A stretch of DNA of 63,028 bases, filler included, from Rhabdomonas costata (GCA_019059605.1; 56 parts of 56 records of this genome joined end to end with filler, not necessarily neighbours in it), one strand, 5' to 3'. Shown: positions 35,318 to 48,370, counted from the first letter of the whole stretch. The notes: generated by a model from the sequence alone, not told the origin. Translations and numbers: made by a program.

Positions 35318-36382
35318 CTGTGAGTAAGGAGAGCCTTCCCCCACCTCACTCAGCTACCAAAAAAGGCAAGGCTAGCACTAAGAGCCGGGGTTTCTTCCGG
35401 GAGTTGCAGTGCGTCAACACACTGGTTGGAAAAGGCACAAATTTGTGTGGAGTTCTCCTCCAGGAGGGCTTTTGATCGATTGTCCTCCTTGGGGTAGGGC
35501 TTTTTTTATGGAAGGGGATGACCACCCTTCCGCTTCTGTTTGTTGGGCGGGGTCATTACGCAACCCCACAGGCGCATTGCAACCGCGGTTGGATGGGCGC
35601 CGTTTGCTCAGCATCACACACATGTCGCGCGATTTCCTTTATCATCGCTCGGAATAGGACGTCCTCGAAGCTCTCCGCGTGCCCCTCCCTTCCTCTCCTC
35701 AGTGCCCTCTCCGGCTTTCGCTCCTCACCTCCCCCCGTTTACGCTTTCCATTCACCTGTCCCGTTTCGTCCTATTATTGTAGATCCATCGCGGTAACCAC
35801 CTCACAGTGGTTTAATAAAGAACGCCCATTTTGCTCTCCACTCCCATCCAATTGTCAGTCTCGAAGAAAGGCTCCACCCATCGGTGAGCGTGAGCGTTCC
35901 ACACAAAAGGCCCCACCTGGTGTAAGTCCCGGATCTCCGTGAACACGGACACGTTGTGGATGACTTGGACCATAGCCTNNNNNNNNNNNNNNNNNNNNNN
36001 NNNNNNNNNNNNNNNNNNNNNNTTAATTAATTAANNNNNNNNNNNNNNNNNNNNNNNNNNNNNNNNNNNNNNNNNNNNTTTTTTTGCTGGAACTGTGTAG
36101 GTCAAATTATTGGCGATCTGAACACCATTAAGGGTCGGTTTGAACGTGGTGCAAGACTTCTCTCCGAGATAACGGGAGAGTGACGTTGCTCCATTGATTG
36201 AGGACGGCTGCGGTGCGTTTCCGTTGCGGTGCTGTTTTCCTGGTTGGGTGCTGATTCGTTGTGGTTGATTTTGTGTGACAAATGGGGATATATGGCCCGT
36301 ATTTCATTCTTCAGCCTTTCTCCCTTGCTGTGTCGTGCTTCTTTTGTCTGTTTGGGTATTGATATTTTGCGGTACTGATTTC

Positions 36383-36714
36383 ATGAACCGTTTTACTCCG
36401 CCTCCGCTGCGAGATGCCACCGTGCCAGGTTCAGGTAGCAGCGGGTCTCGTGGGGCGGCCCGTCTCCCTCTCGCGGGAAGATCTCCCCCGCCCACCCCAG
36501 AACAGCTTGCCACACTTACCATGGATGCGCAAGAAAGCCGCCGTTTGCAAGGGCATCTGTACTCCTTCTCCCATTCCGCATCCCGGGTGAACCATCTCAA
36601 CACCATCAAAAGGGCAGAAGCCGAGGATGACCATAGTGGTCCTTCTCAACAGGGCAAGCAGCCCGAGCCTGAGGCGAAGTCGGACCGGTTTCGGAGGAGG
36701 CGCGTCACTCGAGA
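36383..36714 (+). CDS. Probable first exon, unknown protein
   Basis: ATG at 36383 after pyrimidine-rich tract, open frame to ...RRVTRE|gtgcgg. Confidence 0.4.
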
Positions 36715-38415
36715 GGTGCGGCCTCTCACCCACCCTCCCCAATATCGATAAAGGGATGCTGTGCTGCTCAGTGATGCGGCGAGGCGGATCCGAATACGAC
36801 CAAAGAGGACCGATTGCAAGCCACGCCAATTTCGCGTGCCATGTCATATATATGCTTAGGACTCCAGCGCATTATAGTTGTGAAGCTGCACTCGTGTTCT
36901 TCCTCCTCATAATCGGCGGTCGATCAGTGTAGGGAAACCATATGGGGAACGGTTGGTGTGAACGGGCAATGGATTAGTTGGTGGTGTGGTGGTTTCGCTT
37001 TTTTCGCTTGTACTCGCAGCCTGCGGTACCTTCGGACCTGCTCACCTCAACTGATCCTCTGCGTCGGCCTCCTCCACCCCGGAAGAAGCCTTTTACCAAC
37101 ACACANNNNNNNNNNNNNNNNNNNNNNNNNNNNNNNNNNNNNNNNNNNNTTAATTAATTAANNNNNNNNNNNNNNNNNNNNNNNNNNNNNNNNNNNNNNN
37201 NNNNNTTTGTTTGTGTGAATTTTTACGCCTTCTGGGTGTCGGGTGTGTGAGGTATGAGGGTGCCAGTGCGAGGAGCAAGATTACACTTACGAGTGAAAAC
37301 AGAAAATCGCAGGAAATTCAGTGTGACAGGTTGTCCAAAGGCAGTGTAGCCAATAAGATACACGCACGAAGACCCTCGAGAAATATGGAGCATACACATT
37401 GCCTCGGAATTCTCTCTTGTTTCTCTTGGGCACAGAGGCCATGATTGTGAGAATAGTCCGTGCCTGGCAACATGAGCTTTTGCACATGAACACCCACTAT
37501 GTGCGCAAGGAGAAAAACCAAGTAGGGGGGGGGGGCAAACACAAGACATCCCCCGCCAAACAAATGCTGCCCTCACTGAAGTGCTGCCATATGGTGCAAC
37601 ATAGAGATGGTGATGGCAACAAAAACAATAAGATACAATGAAGAAAAGGCCAGTGAGGTTTTGCACAACAGAGTGAGGTGCGCCAAGCCACCAATTCAAA
37701 TAAAGAAGTCAAGAAGTGAGAGGGAGACCGACGAGTGGCCGGAAGGAGGTGCGGGATGGAGGGGAAACAAAAAGAGGAAAAAAAAGTGACGGGGACGTTG
37801 GGGAATGGAGAGGAATTGAAGAACACAGGCAGGTTTCAAAACACCTTAAATTCGAGCGAAACTGCAAGCCGCAGGAGAGCTCAGCATACCTTGAAATTCG
37901 CGGTACGGATTTCCTTCATCCTCGTCGTACAAAATCGGAATTCCACATCTTCTACCTGACGGTGCGCTCTGCAAAATGAAAGAGAAACGAAACAAACACA
38001 GGACAAGCCGCAAAAAGAAAGGAAACACAGGATAAAGAAAAAGATAAAGATAAAGCAAATTATGGTTCCAAAAAAGAAGGACTGGGTGAACTTAAGGGTC
38101 CCGACATTGCTGCAACTCCAAACCCCTCTGCACACACAGTCCCTGGTCGTTTCCCACACTCGGATTGCACATATTCTACAAATTGATTGCGATCGCAATG
38201 AGACCTGACCAACTTACCTGACCAAAAAACCNNNNNNNNNNNNNNNNNNNNNNNNNNNNNNNNNNNNNNNNNNNNTTAATTAATTAANNNNNNNNNNNNN
38301 NNNNNNNNNNNNNNNNNNNNNNNNNNNNNNNTTTTGTGCAGCGGAACAATAATGATGTCATGGGGATTCAGCCGTGTGAGTGGCGTTCGCCAGTTGCTGC
38401 GTGAAAAGATGCTAC

Positions 38416-38457
<42 letters not shown>

Positions 38458-38875
38458 GGTGTTTGCACAACAGCGAGCCGAGGTGCAAAGCACCATCTCT
38501 CAAGAATCTCCGCCAGGAATCAGAGAGAATTGTTCCCCTCGAGGACCTCTTTGGAACCCGCGACTCCATATCTTCTGTGCCTGAGTACACATCGTTTGTG
38601 CCCGTGTGGCTCGGTGTAGGGTGCCTGAAACCTCGAAATCTGAAATGTGAATTTACATGCAAATCGGTTAGGAACCGATTAGAAGCCGCAGAAGAATGAT
38701 CACCCTGCAACACTACGGTCCCTGAGTGGTTTGAGTGGGAAACGGACTGCCCCAGGAATCCGAGCGATATGCGTGTACTCTGGATCGTGTGCAGCCCTTT
38801 CGAAGGAGTCTGCATTCAGGATTCAATGGGAAGATTGGTCTTTGTGCTGCCCTAGCGCACCCCCCCCCCGTGCAG

Positions 38876-38999
38876 ACCTCAGGGATAGACATCAGTGGTC
38901 TGGATGCCTACCCTGTGCTGGGCGTGGTGTATGTGCTGCTGCGGATGCGCAGTATGGCAAGCCCGACTGCGGCATACGCCCTCTCCGAGTTCCTGCGGT
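38876..38999 (+). CDS. Exon of PstS-like periplasmic-binding-protein domain (probable receptor ectodomain)
   Basis: gtgcag|..DAYPVLGVVYVLLR...AYALSEFLRW resembles the PstS C-terminal AYPIxxxxYxL...ALxxFLxW. Confidence 0.55.
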
Positions 39000-39705
39000 G
39001 GTTTGTTCCCCTGCTGCAATCTTATTGTGTCTTCTGGAATTGTGTTGAGGGGTGTTTCGTTTTGTAAGAAATTCCTTCGTACTATTCCGTGCACTTTTCT
39101 CGAGGTTTACTGTCAGCTCCCTTAATGTTCTGGAATGTCTGGGATGTCTGGGATGCATTGTCACTTCATCTGTGCAGCTAAACTGTAAACAAGGGGTAAC
39201 GCGTTGGCTATTTTATTCTCATCACCGCCACAGCGTCTGCCTCAGCAGACCTCTCCCTCACTGATTCAGTCGAACCGAACTCTGCCAACAAGAACGGGAT
39301 AGTACGAAGGAATTTCTTACAAAACGAAACACCCCTCAACACAATTCCAGAAGACACAAAACCNNNNNNNNNNNNNNNNNNNNNNNNNNNNNNNNNNNNN
39401 NNNNNNNTTAATTAATTAANNNNNNNNNNNNNNNNNNNNNNNNNNNNNNNNNNNNNNNNNNNNGTGTTGGTGTGTTTGGGGGGGGGTGGAGGGCTGCGGA
39501 CGTGTCGACACAACAAGAACGAGAAAACAACAGTATAATTGGGGCTCCAGGTTTTGGATTCCCCAGTTGCAGTCTGTGAACCCCTTACCCTTTCATGCCT
39601 GCACTTCCGGCCTTCCCACTGAACCGTGCAGCCTCGAAAAAGCCATTACGCTTTGTCACTCAACTCCTGCTCGAAATTTGCTCCCGGGGGGGGGATCGCT
39701 CGCAG

Positions 39706-40333
39706 TGATTCTGAAGGGCACCGAGCCTGCTAAATATGTCCACGAAAGGTTGCTGGAAGAGATCCACCACAGGTATTCAGCGCCCCTCCATCTCTGCTGC
39801 TTTCCGACGCGTTTCTGAAGGGGGCTGACGTTCTGGCAGTGGGGCCATGCTCGCCTGTTCCCTTTCCACCAGTGTGAACACTCTTGTTCTCACAGACACA
39901 CCGATTCCGGAAAATGCTTTTCATCTAAAAATACGCCCTGTCGGTCTCCATTGTTGCAGGGGTGAGGAGGGAAGTGTCCTTGAAATTAGCTCCTCGTGGT
40001 TTCCTTTTGCCTGAGAAAGGATGTTCCCCAACGGTTTTAGTGCGTACTTGAATACCGGAGCTGGCATATCCGCCGTGGCCCCCACAGGTACACCCTCCGG
40101 AGGCGTCAGCTGCGGAGTCCCAACTTCTACGTCTCGCGCACGAGGGTGAGGTGTGTGGCATCTCTTCGACAGCCGTGCGTTCAATCACTCCCAAGGGCAA
40201 GAGGCTCCTTGTTCGGCTCTTTTATGGTCTGAGCGACGAGGACCTGCCATTCAACTCATTTAAACGGCGATGGACACTTAACCGGAATCAGGCGGAAGCA
40301 GGCGGAGGATACTACTGGCAAGAGCTAGTAGCG
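39706..40333 (+). CDS. Three-exon fragment, unknown protein (39706-39772, 40020-40087, 40173-40333)
   Basis: Phase-compatible GT-AG junctions give ILKGTEPAKYVHERLLEEIHHR-MFPNGFSAYLNTGAGISAVAPT-AVRSITPKGKRLLVRLFYG...YYWQELVA. Confidence 0.55.
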
Positions 40334-40590
40334 GTTTCGCTCAGATGGACACCATCGATCTATCTGTTGGCTGTACATAAGTCACACTGCTGTGGCTCTT
40401 CAGTTTTTACGGCTTTTTGTGGATTTGGCCGAGCGAGAGCCCACACACAAACACACTGATGCAGACTTCATTCATACTTCAACCAACACCNNNNNNNNNN
40501 NNNNNNNNNNNNNNNNNNNNNNNNNNNNNNNNNNTTAATTAATTAANNNNNNNNNNNNNNNNNNNNNNNNNNNNNNNNNNNNNNNNNNNN

Positions 40591-41610
40591 GGTGTGGTGG
40601 CGGAAGACATTTCAGAGGAGATGTTAGAGGGGTGTGCAGAGACAACGGTCAGCAGTATTCGGAGAGGGGCATGGAGTACCACCGTTCCGTTGTTCGTCTT
40701 GCCATTCCAGAGGAACGTAATGGAAGGTGTGTGTGGTTACTTTCTGATCTTCCAGACCCTCCACCCTCATCAGCCGTTGATGTTCCTTCCGTTGTTGATT
40801 GGGAATACGCATGTAAGAGGTAAGAGCGCTGTTAGATTTTGGAGCTTCAGATTCGTTTATAAGTCAAGAAGTGGTGAAGAGATTCCGTTTGCAGAAGTAC
40901 CCGTTGCAGAAAAGGCTCACTGTTAGAGTAGCGAAATGAGAAGGACTCCCCGTGACCCATTTTGTGCGAATTGTCGGGAAATTAGGTACCATGCCGATTA
41001 AGTTGTTCTTGAGAGTTATTCAGACGTCAATTCAAGTGGTACTGGGCTGTCCGTTTTTGAAGAGGCTACAGCCACAGATTTACTGGAAGCGTAGGTATGT
41101 CAAGGTTTGGAGAGTGGGAAGGATTTACGACATTCAGGCGCTTCCGGCAGTGGAGTTTTTCATAATTACGTGCCCAACCACAGGGATGATGGAAGTTGAT
41201 CCGGAGGAAGTTGTTCCAGAGCTTCCACATATCTCTCAAGTACGGAAATGGTCGGGGTTGTGCCACCCTGGTTCCAGAGTAGCAGGGGAGGATGGGACCG
41301 ACACCACAAATTACCCACGCCTCAACACGTCTGGATGTCTTTTGCTTGCAGAAAGAAGCGAGCCCATGGTGGTGACAGTTCCACAGGGTGCTGAGTCTCT
41401 TCCAGAGTTGATTCCAGATGGTGCTATTTCTACAGTGGAGGTGTAAGAGGTCACTCCCACTAAGCAAGACCAGCGAGCCATAGCTAGGGCTCAGGAGCCT
41501 AAGTGGAAGGTCAAAAGGAAGTTGCGAGATTCGCCCAGGAAGGAAGTAGAGAAGTTTATTAAGGATGTGGACCACAGCATTTGTGGCCCCCTTGTGCGGT
41601 ATTACCAACC
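40591..41610 (+). mobile_element. Decayed Ty3/gypsy aspartic protease region
   Basis: VRALLDFGASDSFIS (D-S-G mutated to D-F-G, 40835), VRVA, VVLGCPFLKRLQPQIYWK; frameshifts and stops; 3' motif homologous to 33345-33495. Confidence 0.85.
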
Positions 41611-41885
41611 CCCCCCCNNNNNNNNNNNNNNNNNNNNNNNNNNNNNNNNNNNNNNNNNNNNTTAATTAATTAANNNNNNNNNNNNNNNNNNNNNNNNNNN
41701 NNNNNNNNNNNNNNNNNGGGGGTTGAGGATGTGCTGGTGACAAGTATTTTGGCGCGACGGTTGGAGTTTATTGCGCGGTGCAAGCCTTTTGCTTCCCAAA
41801 TTACCGAAGATTGCTCTTATATTCGGGAGTTCTGCAATTCTCCGCAGCGTCACCCAACGGCCCCCATACTGCAACCGCATCTATC

Positions 41886-42520
41886 TACCGGGTGTCCCAG
41901 TTAAAGTGCGAATTTCTGAATAACCATGTGAGACAACGTATGGTGGTTGGGATGTGCTCGGAAGGTGGGTCAGGGCCTTCCAGTGGGTTGGGTCAGGCGC
42001 CGAGTAAGGGCAACTCAAAGGCTGCATCGAGGGGACAAGACCAGACAGCTCCAAATTTGTGGCTGGCTTCTGGACCAGTGGGGAAGTCCCTCCTCCGGCA
42101 GTCTTTGCTCTTCACGGACGAACGCCCATTTTATGTAAACAGGCAAGTGAGCAAGCAAAACTGCCGGGTATATGGGTGAGGGGACAAAATCCCCACTCCT
42201 TCGTGGGACAAGATCTATAGTCACCTGATGTTACCGTGTGGTGTGGCCTGTCTTCACGGGGGATAGGTGGCTCCTATTTGTTCTAGTCCCGGAAAAGGAC
42301 TGCGACTGTGACTGGAGCCCGGTACAAGGGGATGCTGGACTTATTCCGGTTTTATGCCGCCGTCACCCCTCAATGCCGGGTCTGTTTCCAGCAAGGCGCA
42401 GCTGCTCCCCTGGGGTTTTGGCCCGCCTTCGCAGTCTTTTTCCTGGGAAAGTTCTTTCAGAGGGAGTGCGGTCCCTTGGCCTGCCGGGTCGCCGTCCTTC
42501 TATCCTTCTAATTGGGCGAA
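41886..42520 (+). mobile_element. Decayed IS630-Tc1-mariner transposon (DD37D/DD41D-like) with left TIR
   Basis: TA + CCGGGTGTCCCA terminal motif at 41886-41899; LLFTDERPFYVNRQVSKQNCR, TVTGARYKGML, CFQQG, LFPGKVLS, WPAGSP across shifted frames. Confidence 0.75.
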
Positions 42521-44479
42521 CTCAAGGCGACCATTTCCCCCAACCGGTGCGCACGCTACCACAGCTTTGTAGCCGTTTGACCCACATTGTGCGACTAGCT
42601 CTCCGCCACTCTCATGAAGTCCATAGAAAACTTGGCCATTCGAGCGTCTCCGCCAACGCGGAGGACACATGCAAACCCTGCTTCCTTGCTCCCTCTTTTG
42701 CACATATTTTTTTAAACGTTCTCGGTTCTCTTTTCTGCAGTGTTNNNNNNNNNNNNNNNNNNNNNNNNNNNNNNNNNNNNNNNNNNNNTTAATTAATTAA
42801 NNNNNNNNNNNNNNNNNNNNNNNNNNNNNNNNNNNNNNNNNNNNGTTGTCACCTATAGCCGTCGGATCGTTTGTGGATAAAAGTGTGTTGCGTCGCGGGA
42901 CTGTGCGTCTCGAAATTTACTTCAAACACACCCCTGTCTTTGACAGCAGCCAAACTATTCCACAAAAGGCACGAATCCTGGGCACTTGGGTTTCTACCGG
43001 AAATGAGCGGCAATGCCATGCAGAAACCACTACAGTGGTGGAGCATTCACCTCAAGTGTGGGAGGGAGTACCGCCGTTACCAGCCAAAAGACTACTTAGA
43101 CGACACCCAAGGATATATAATGGAGAACCATGAACGCCTGCCTCTGGAACGACGTAGATGAATCTCATTGAAAAACTCCATGCTGTCGAAATTTCGGAAA
43201 TGATAACCAGTCTCCGTATTTTCCATACCATGAAACATAAGGTTGGCGGTGACAAATCTCAGCAGAAGGAAGTAGTTCTGGGCATTGTCACGCAAGGCTG
43301 AGAAGACGGAGAGTGCCACAAGGGTGGCGGATGATGCAGTACAGTGTTTCTTCCTTCGGATTTCCGGAGGTATTCTTTTGAGCTGTCTGGATAAAAGTCA
43401 AACACAAAATGAAGCGATAGAAAAAAAGGGAAGGGACCATACCATATCCTCAAGGTAGTGTGGTGTGTATGTATACAGGTTGTGTGAACAGGGTCAAACA
43501 GGCTCACGTGGTTTTAGAAATTTTTCTTTAGCCTTTTCTGTGATGCTCACACCGTTCTGCGAACACAAGAACCTGCCAGCGAGAGAGCAAAAGTATGTGT
43601 GTGTGCGTGTGCGTGACACACATCTTCCATGAAAAGAAATGCACGCAAAGGAGACCGAAGGCCCAAGCGAACAGGTGTACTCCTTTTCCCCTTGTGTAAC
43701 AAAGGGCTGTGCTGTGTGTGCAAAAGACAAACAGAGATGCGGTTGATGGGGGCTTACACGTGCGCTTCGTTCTCGGGATCCCAAACACCTTGGACTAAGT
43801 GATGGCGGGCAGCACGAGGTTCGGAACGGAGGATCAAATCTAAGATAAAGAGACGGAAGCTACAAAAAACCNNNNNNNNNNNNNNNNNNNNNNNNNNNNN
43901 NNNNNNNNNNNNNNNTTAATTAATTAANNNNNNNNNNNNNNNNNNNNNNNNNNNNNNNNNNNNNNNNNNNNGTGGGTGTTGTCTGCCTCGCCCTGGCAGA
44001 GGATCTGCTTTCCAACTCCACTTCAAGGTCCTCTCCTGACAACTCCGCCGAAGCAGAAACGCGCATCGCAGGTTTGCATACACCGCAAAATTGTGTGGCC
44101 CCGCACGTCACGCTCTTCAAGAACTCTCCAACATTTGCTTCCGTGGATACCCTGCGAAAACCCTCATGCGAATCGGTCAGAGTCACGTGACCGCACATGT
44201 CACGACCTTCCAACTCGGCTCACGTGCCATCAGTACTCTTCAAGAATGCTCGTAACTTGGAGGTGGAGGCTCTGCCCGCAGATGTTCTGTAAACTTAAGT
44301 TTGGTGGTTTAGGGCAGTCCGCGGCTCCGCGCTGGTGGCCGAATGTTTTCGACCTGTCAGGAGCACGAATAAAACGCTATCACATCACCAAATTATCCGA
44401 AACTTTTCTGAAAGTGTTCGTCAGCCATCAACCTTTATGTTGCCCCTCACCCTTCTCCTTTTGGTTTTGTGTCTATAGG

Positions 44480-44987
44480 CTCTTCCAGTGCGGAGGTTAA
44501 CTTCAGTGCCTCCGCCCTGAAGCTGAGTGTGGGCGACTCATACTCATCAAGCAATGCGACCACCCGGCATAGCTTCAGCCCCGGTTTCTGTTTGGAGCCC
44601 TTCAGCTTTCTGTTTGCAGTTTTCCGCTCTTCATTTGCTACTCCTTGCGTCATCCACAAAGCACAAAGCCACACGTCTTTCTTTCCTTTTCGATTAATCA
44701 CGAACAGTATTCGCGTAGTAAAAACGTACTGAAATTACTATGCTTTTCTTCTTGTGGTACATCCACATCCACCGCTAAGTTACTTCATTCAAAGGGCGCT
44801 TGTTAACCGCCCACTTTTTGCTCGATGGCCCAGATACGAATGCTTTCACTCTGTGCCCGCCTCAGCGGCGTTCCCCTTTGTGCAGCCTACGCCTGCATCA
44901 TCCGGATTGCCGGACGGTCAGGCATCTACAGCAACATCAACGGTTACTACTCCCACGCGGGCACCCACAACAGCAAGCCGTACTACC
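44480..44987 (+). CDS. Probable exons of an extracellular protein (44480-44583, 44886-~44987)
   Basis: tatag|SSAEVNFSAS...HSFSP|gtttct and gtgcag|YACIIRIAGRSGIYSNINGYYSHAGTHNSKPYY. Confidence 0.4.
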
Positions 44988-45364
44988 CCCACCCCACCNN
45001 NNNNNNNNNNNNNNNNNNNNNNNNNNNNNNNNNNNNNNNNNNTTAATTAATTAANNNNNNNNNNNNNNNNNNNNNNNNNNNNNNNNNNNNNNNNNNNNGG
45101 GGGGTGGGGTCCCGGAGTATCTCCGTGAGGTTGATTGAGGTTGCCTTTCCAATGGTCAGGACGCCTGCAGGTTCGCGTAAAAGTCCGCGGAAGTGATGTA
45201 TTTGGTGAGATCAGTGCAGCACTTTTCTTTTGCTCTTTATCATGTCATTATCTTCGCAAAAATTGCTGAAGTGGAGGTGGTCCCTGTTTGGAAACCACCA
45301 CCAAAGGTTGCAAGAGCTGCCCGCTTGAGTTTGCGTTCTGAGGAAGGGTTTGGGGGCGCCGCAG

Positions 45365-46125
45365 GGGAGAAACAGCGGCTTCAGGAGGTCCTTGCGGTGG
45401 CCCGGGCTGAGACTCTGCTGAGCTCCATGGAGCTGACCGAGGAGACTTACCGCTCCGTTCGGAATAAGTTCGAAGAGCTGGACAAGGTGCGGGCTTCTTT
45501 GCGTGTGAATGAGTGCTCCTTTTTTTTGCTCCTTTGTTTTTCGGACATGGTTCTTGCACCAGCCTGCCTTCTCGCTCTTGCACTGTGCTTTCTATTTGAT
45601 GATGTCTCATTGACCTGTTCTTTTTTTATTTTTAACTCTCTACAATAAATGCACGTTTTGAGGGTGCTGGCACTATTTTGTCTCATTTCTGTTTTTCGTG
45701 TTGCAAAGTTGCAAAGTTCCAACCCAAACTTACTCGAGATCCTGCCTCCCCAACCTCTGAGTCCTACCCGCTTCCCCGACCTTGGCCTTGGCTACATCTT
45801 CGGTGGGGCGGGGGCTCCTTTTCCCACACCCGTCCTGAGATTCGTCTGGTATTGAGGAGTACTTTGGCTGTTCCTAGGTTAACCAATTGCGCTTTCCGCT
45901 CCAACGTGGTCGGCAGCAATGTCGTACCGCGCTTTTTTGCCTGCCGTTGAGACCTTTCTTTCTTCCGCTTCTTCTGCTATGCCTCCCTTGGGGTGTCCCA
46001 CCTTGCCGGCCAAAACAGGTCCGGGTGGGCTTTCTGACGTGGGACCAGCTCAAGGGGTGCACAATCAATGGGGTGTCAATGCTGCAGGGCATCTTCCACC
46101 GCATCGATAAGGACAACCACGGGAA
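45365..46125 (+). CDS. EF-hand calcium-binding protein; exons 45365-45486 and 46019-46125
   Basis: KFEELDK|VRVGFLTWDQL...IFHRIDKDNHG, a paired EF-hand split by a phase-0 intron. Confidence 0.7.
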
Positions 46126-46721
46126 NNNNNNNNNNNNNNNNNNNNNNNNNNNNNNNNNNNNNNNNNNNNTTAATTAATTAANNNNNNNNNNNNNNNNNNN
46201 NNNNNNNNNNNNNNNNNNNNNNNNNTGTTTTGTGGTAGTCGTCGCGAAGCAATGGCAACCCCTTGCCACGTAACTTCGTATTCTGAAGTCTTGCCCGGGA
46301 ATAACAAAAATACTCTCCGAAGCAAGTGCCTGGGAACGTACCAGATTGCTCCTTCCGGCTCGCGAAGCATAAGAGTGTGGACTTGAAGACAGCCACAAAT
46401 GCAAGAGCAGCTGCGGCAGCACTTGCGGCCCCTAACCCCAAGGACCCAATCTAGTTCTTACACTCACGGTCGCTTGCCAAGCGCACTTGCTCCTCCTTGT
46501 CTTGCTCATGATATGTTTTCTGCTGCCCCTACCCTGTCGCTGGCTGATTTGGTGCCGGAAGCTCCAACCGGTGAACGTGGTGCATAATTCTTGGTCATTT
46601 AATTGATTTTGGGTGATGAAGTTAAAAATGATTGTCACTGTTTTGCCCTTTGTTTGTTGGATGGTTTCTGTCTTTTCTGTAACCCATTCCGTTTTTGAAC
46701 AAATCCTCGTTGGGTGTGCAG

Positions 46722-47230
46722 GCAAGTTGGGTTATTAAACTGCACGAATGCGGTGGCCTTTGACGCCCTGGAGACGATCCGCAGCGGAAGCATACCCACG
46801 GCCCGCCCGCCTGAGGCCGGCGGGGAGGACGTCGTGGCCTACACGGAGTTCGTGGAGATCTACAGGATGCTCGCTCCGGCCAACCCCACCCCGCGCTCTG
46901 GAGAAAACTCGCCGTGGACAACTGTATATAGCTTATGTTATGAACCCAATGGAGTGTTAATATACTCTGTGAAAAATTGTTCACGGTTGTTTACCGGACA
47001 AATCGTTCCGCGAGCCTGTATTTCACTCCACCAGCTCCCGCCTGACCGCAAACAGACGCACTCACTCACTTGTCCGCATGTACCGACCCCCACAAAAAAC
47101 CTAACACAGGTGCCTGTGTCGTGCCCTGGGGTTGAGGATCCCGATGGTACCGTGCTGCGGCCATGGGTGGGTGGCGAGCCTGGGTATTACCTCACCACCC
47201 TCCGCGGTGTGGTTGGGCTTTTCCGCAACA
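46722..47230 (+). CDS. Probable exons, unknown protein (~46722-46923, 47110-~47230)
   Basis: GC3-rich open frame AFDALETIRSG...AYTEFVEIYRML and acacag|VPVSCPG...YYLTTLRGVVGLFRN. Confidence 0.4.
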
Positions 47231-47352
47231 ACCCACCCAACACACCCAACAANNNNNNNNNNNNNNNNNNNNNNNNNNNNNNNNNNNNNNNNNNNNTTAA
47301 TTAATTAANNNNNNNNNNNNNNNNNNNNNNNNNNNNNNNNNNNNNNNNNNNN

Positions 47353-48370
47353 CGCCAGGTCTTCACCCGAGAAGGATACCGCGAGCTGCTGCACACCCAT
47401 CCCGCCTACCTCACGTTCATGAAGGTATTCCCCGTGTGTTTTGTTTTGATTATGGATTCGGCAGTGTGGTTTTACTCCGCTTGTGTGTGGGGGGGCGCCA
47501 CAGAACCTGATGAGCGTCCGAACGATTCTGTACATTGGCTTCAGCTTCACCGACGACTACCTCAATGAGGTGTGCTTTCCTGGCGCCCCAGCATTTCGCA
47601 GTTAAGGGGTGAGGAGGGAGGGAGGTGTTTGATGTGTTTTTTGTGGCCTCTTAGATCCGGAGCGACGTGATGGCGATGAAGGTGGACAAGGGCCTGGACA
47701 CCAGCACGATGGCCTACGCCATTATCAATGACAAGGACAAGTCCCACTGCACACACTACCAGCAACATGAGGGGGTGACCTTCCTGACATGGGATACAAA
47801 ACGTTATGGCTTCGGGGTTGTGGACCGGTACCTGGGCAGCCTGCTGGTTCTGCCTACCCGCTTTCCCCCTTCCCTTCGATTCGTGACATTCAATGTGAAA
47901 CCCAACCAGCCACCTGTGGGCATTCTTTCTTGCTTGCGCTATCGTTTGGTTTGTGTCAGCAATTCGAGTGGGGTTAATTGGTTTCTCTCCCACCCCGGAA
48001 AAAGTCCTCGGCCGGCACTTTTTGCTGGAACCAGTATAATTTCCGGTTGACATAACCTACCCGCCCTCCTCTCGATGCAGATAGGGTCTTCTGACGCGCG
48101 CGCAGGAGAGGGGAAAGTCATTGTATGCATTGCATTTTGCATATTGCAAGGAGGGTGCATTCCGCACAAAAATGGAATCGGTCTCAAAAGTGATTTCTAG
48201 ACTTTGACCTCTGTGCGCACGCAGAAAATGACGGAGCTTAGCGCGGCGCTGAGCGGGGCGAAGGTCATCTTGTACCAGCCCACACAGATGGCGGGCAAGC
48301 CGGGGATGTCGGAGAACATGGTCACCCTATCCACGGAGCTGGAGAGGGAGCTGAAATCTCCGCTCTACAA
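47353..48370 (+). CDS. SIR2-like (SIR2_2 type) domain protein; exons 47353-47424, 47504-47569, 47655-47846, 48225-~48370
   Basis: Phase-0 GT-AG splicing gives VFTREGYRELLHTHPAYLTFMK-NLMSVRTILYIGFSFTDDYLNE-IRSDVM...AYAIIND...HEGVTFLTWDT..FGVVDRYL; TILYIGFSFxD is the SIR2_2 C-terminal GxS motif. Confidence 0.8.

Noticed and set aside
42990-43200. PLQWW motif reminiscent of a hAT transposase dimerisation domain
   Set aside because: The expected downstream YPxL..ERxFS is absent; too weak.
46722-46930. Choloylglycine hydrolase-like reading (YTEF, WTTVY)
   Set aside because: Short motifs only; left as unknown protein.
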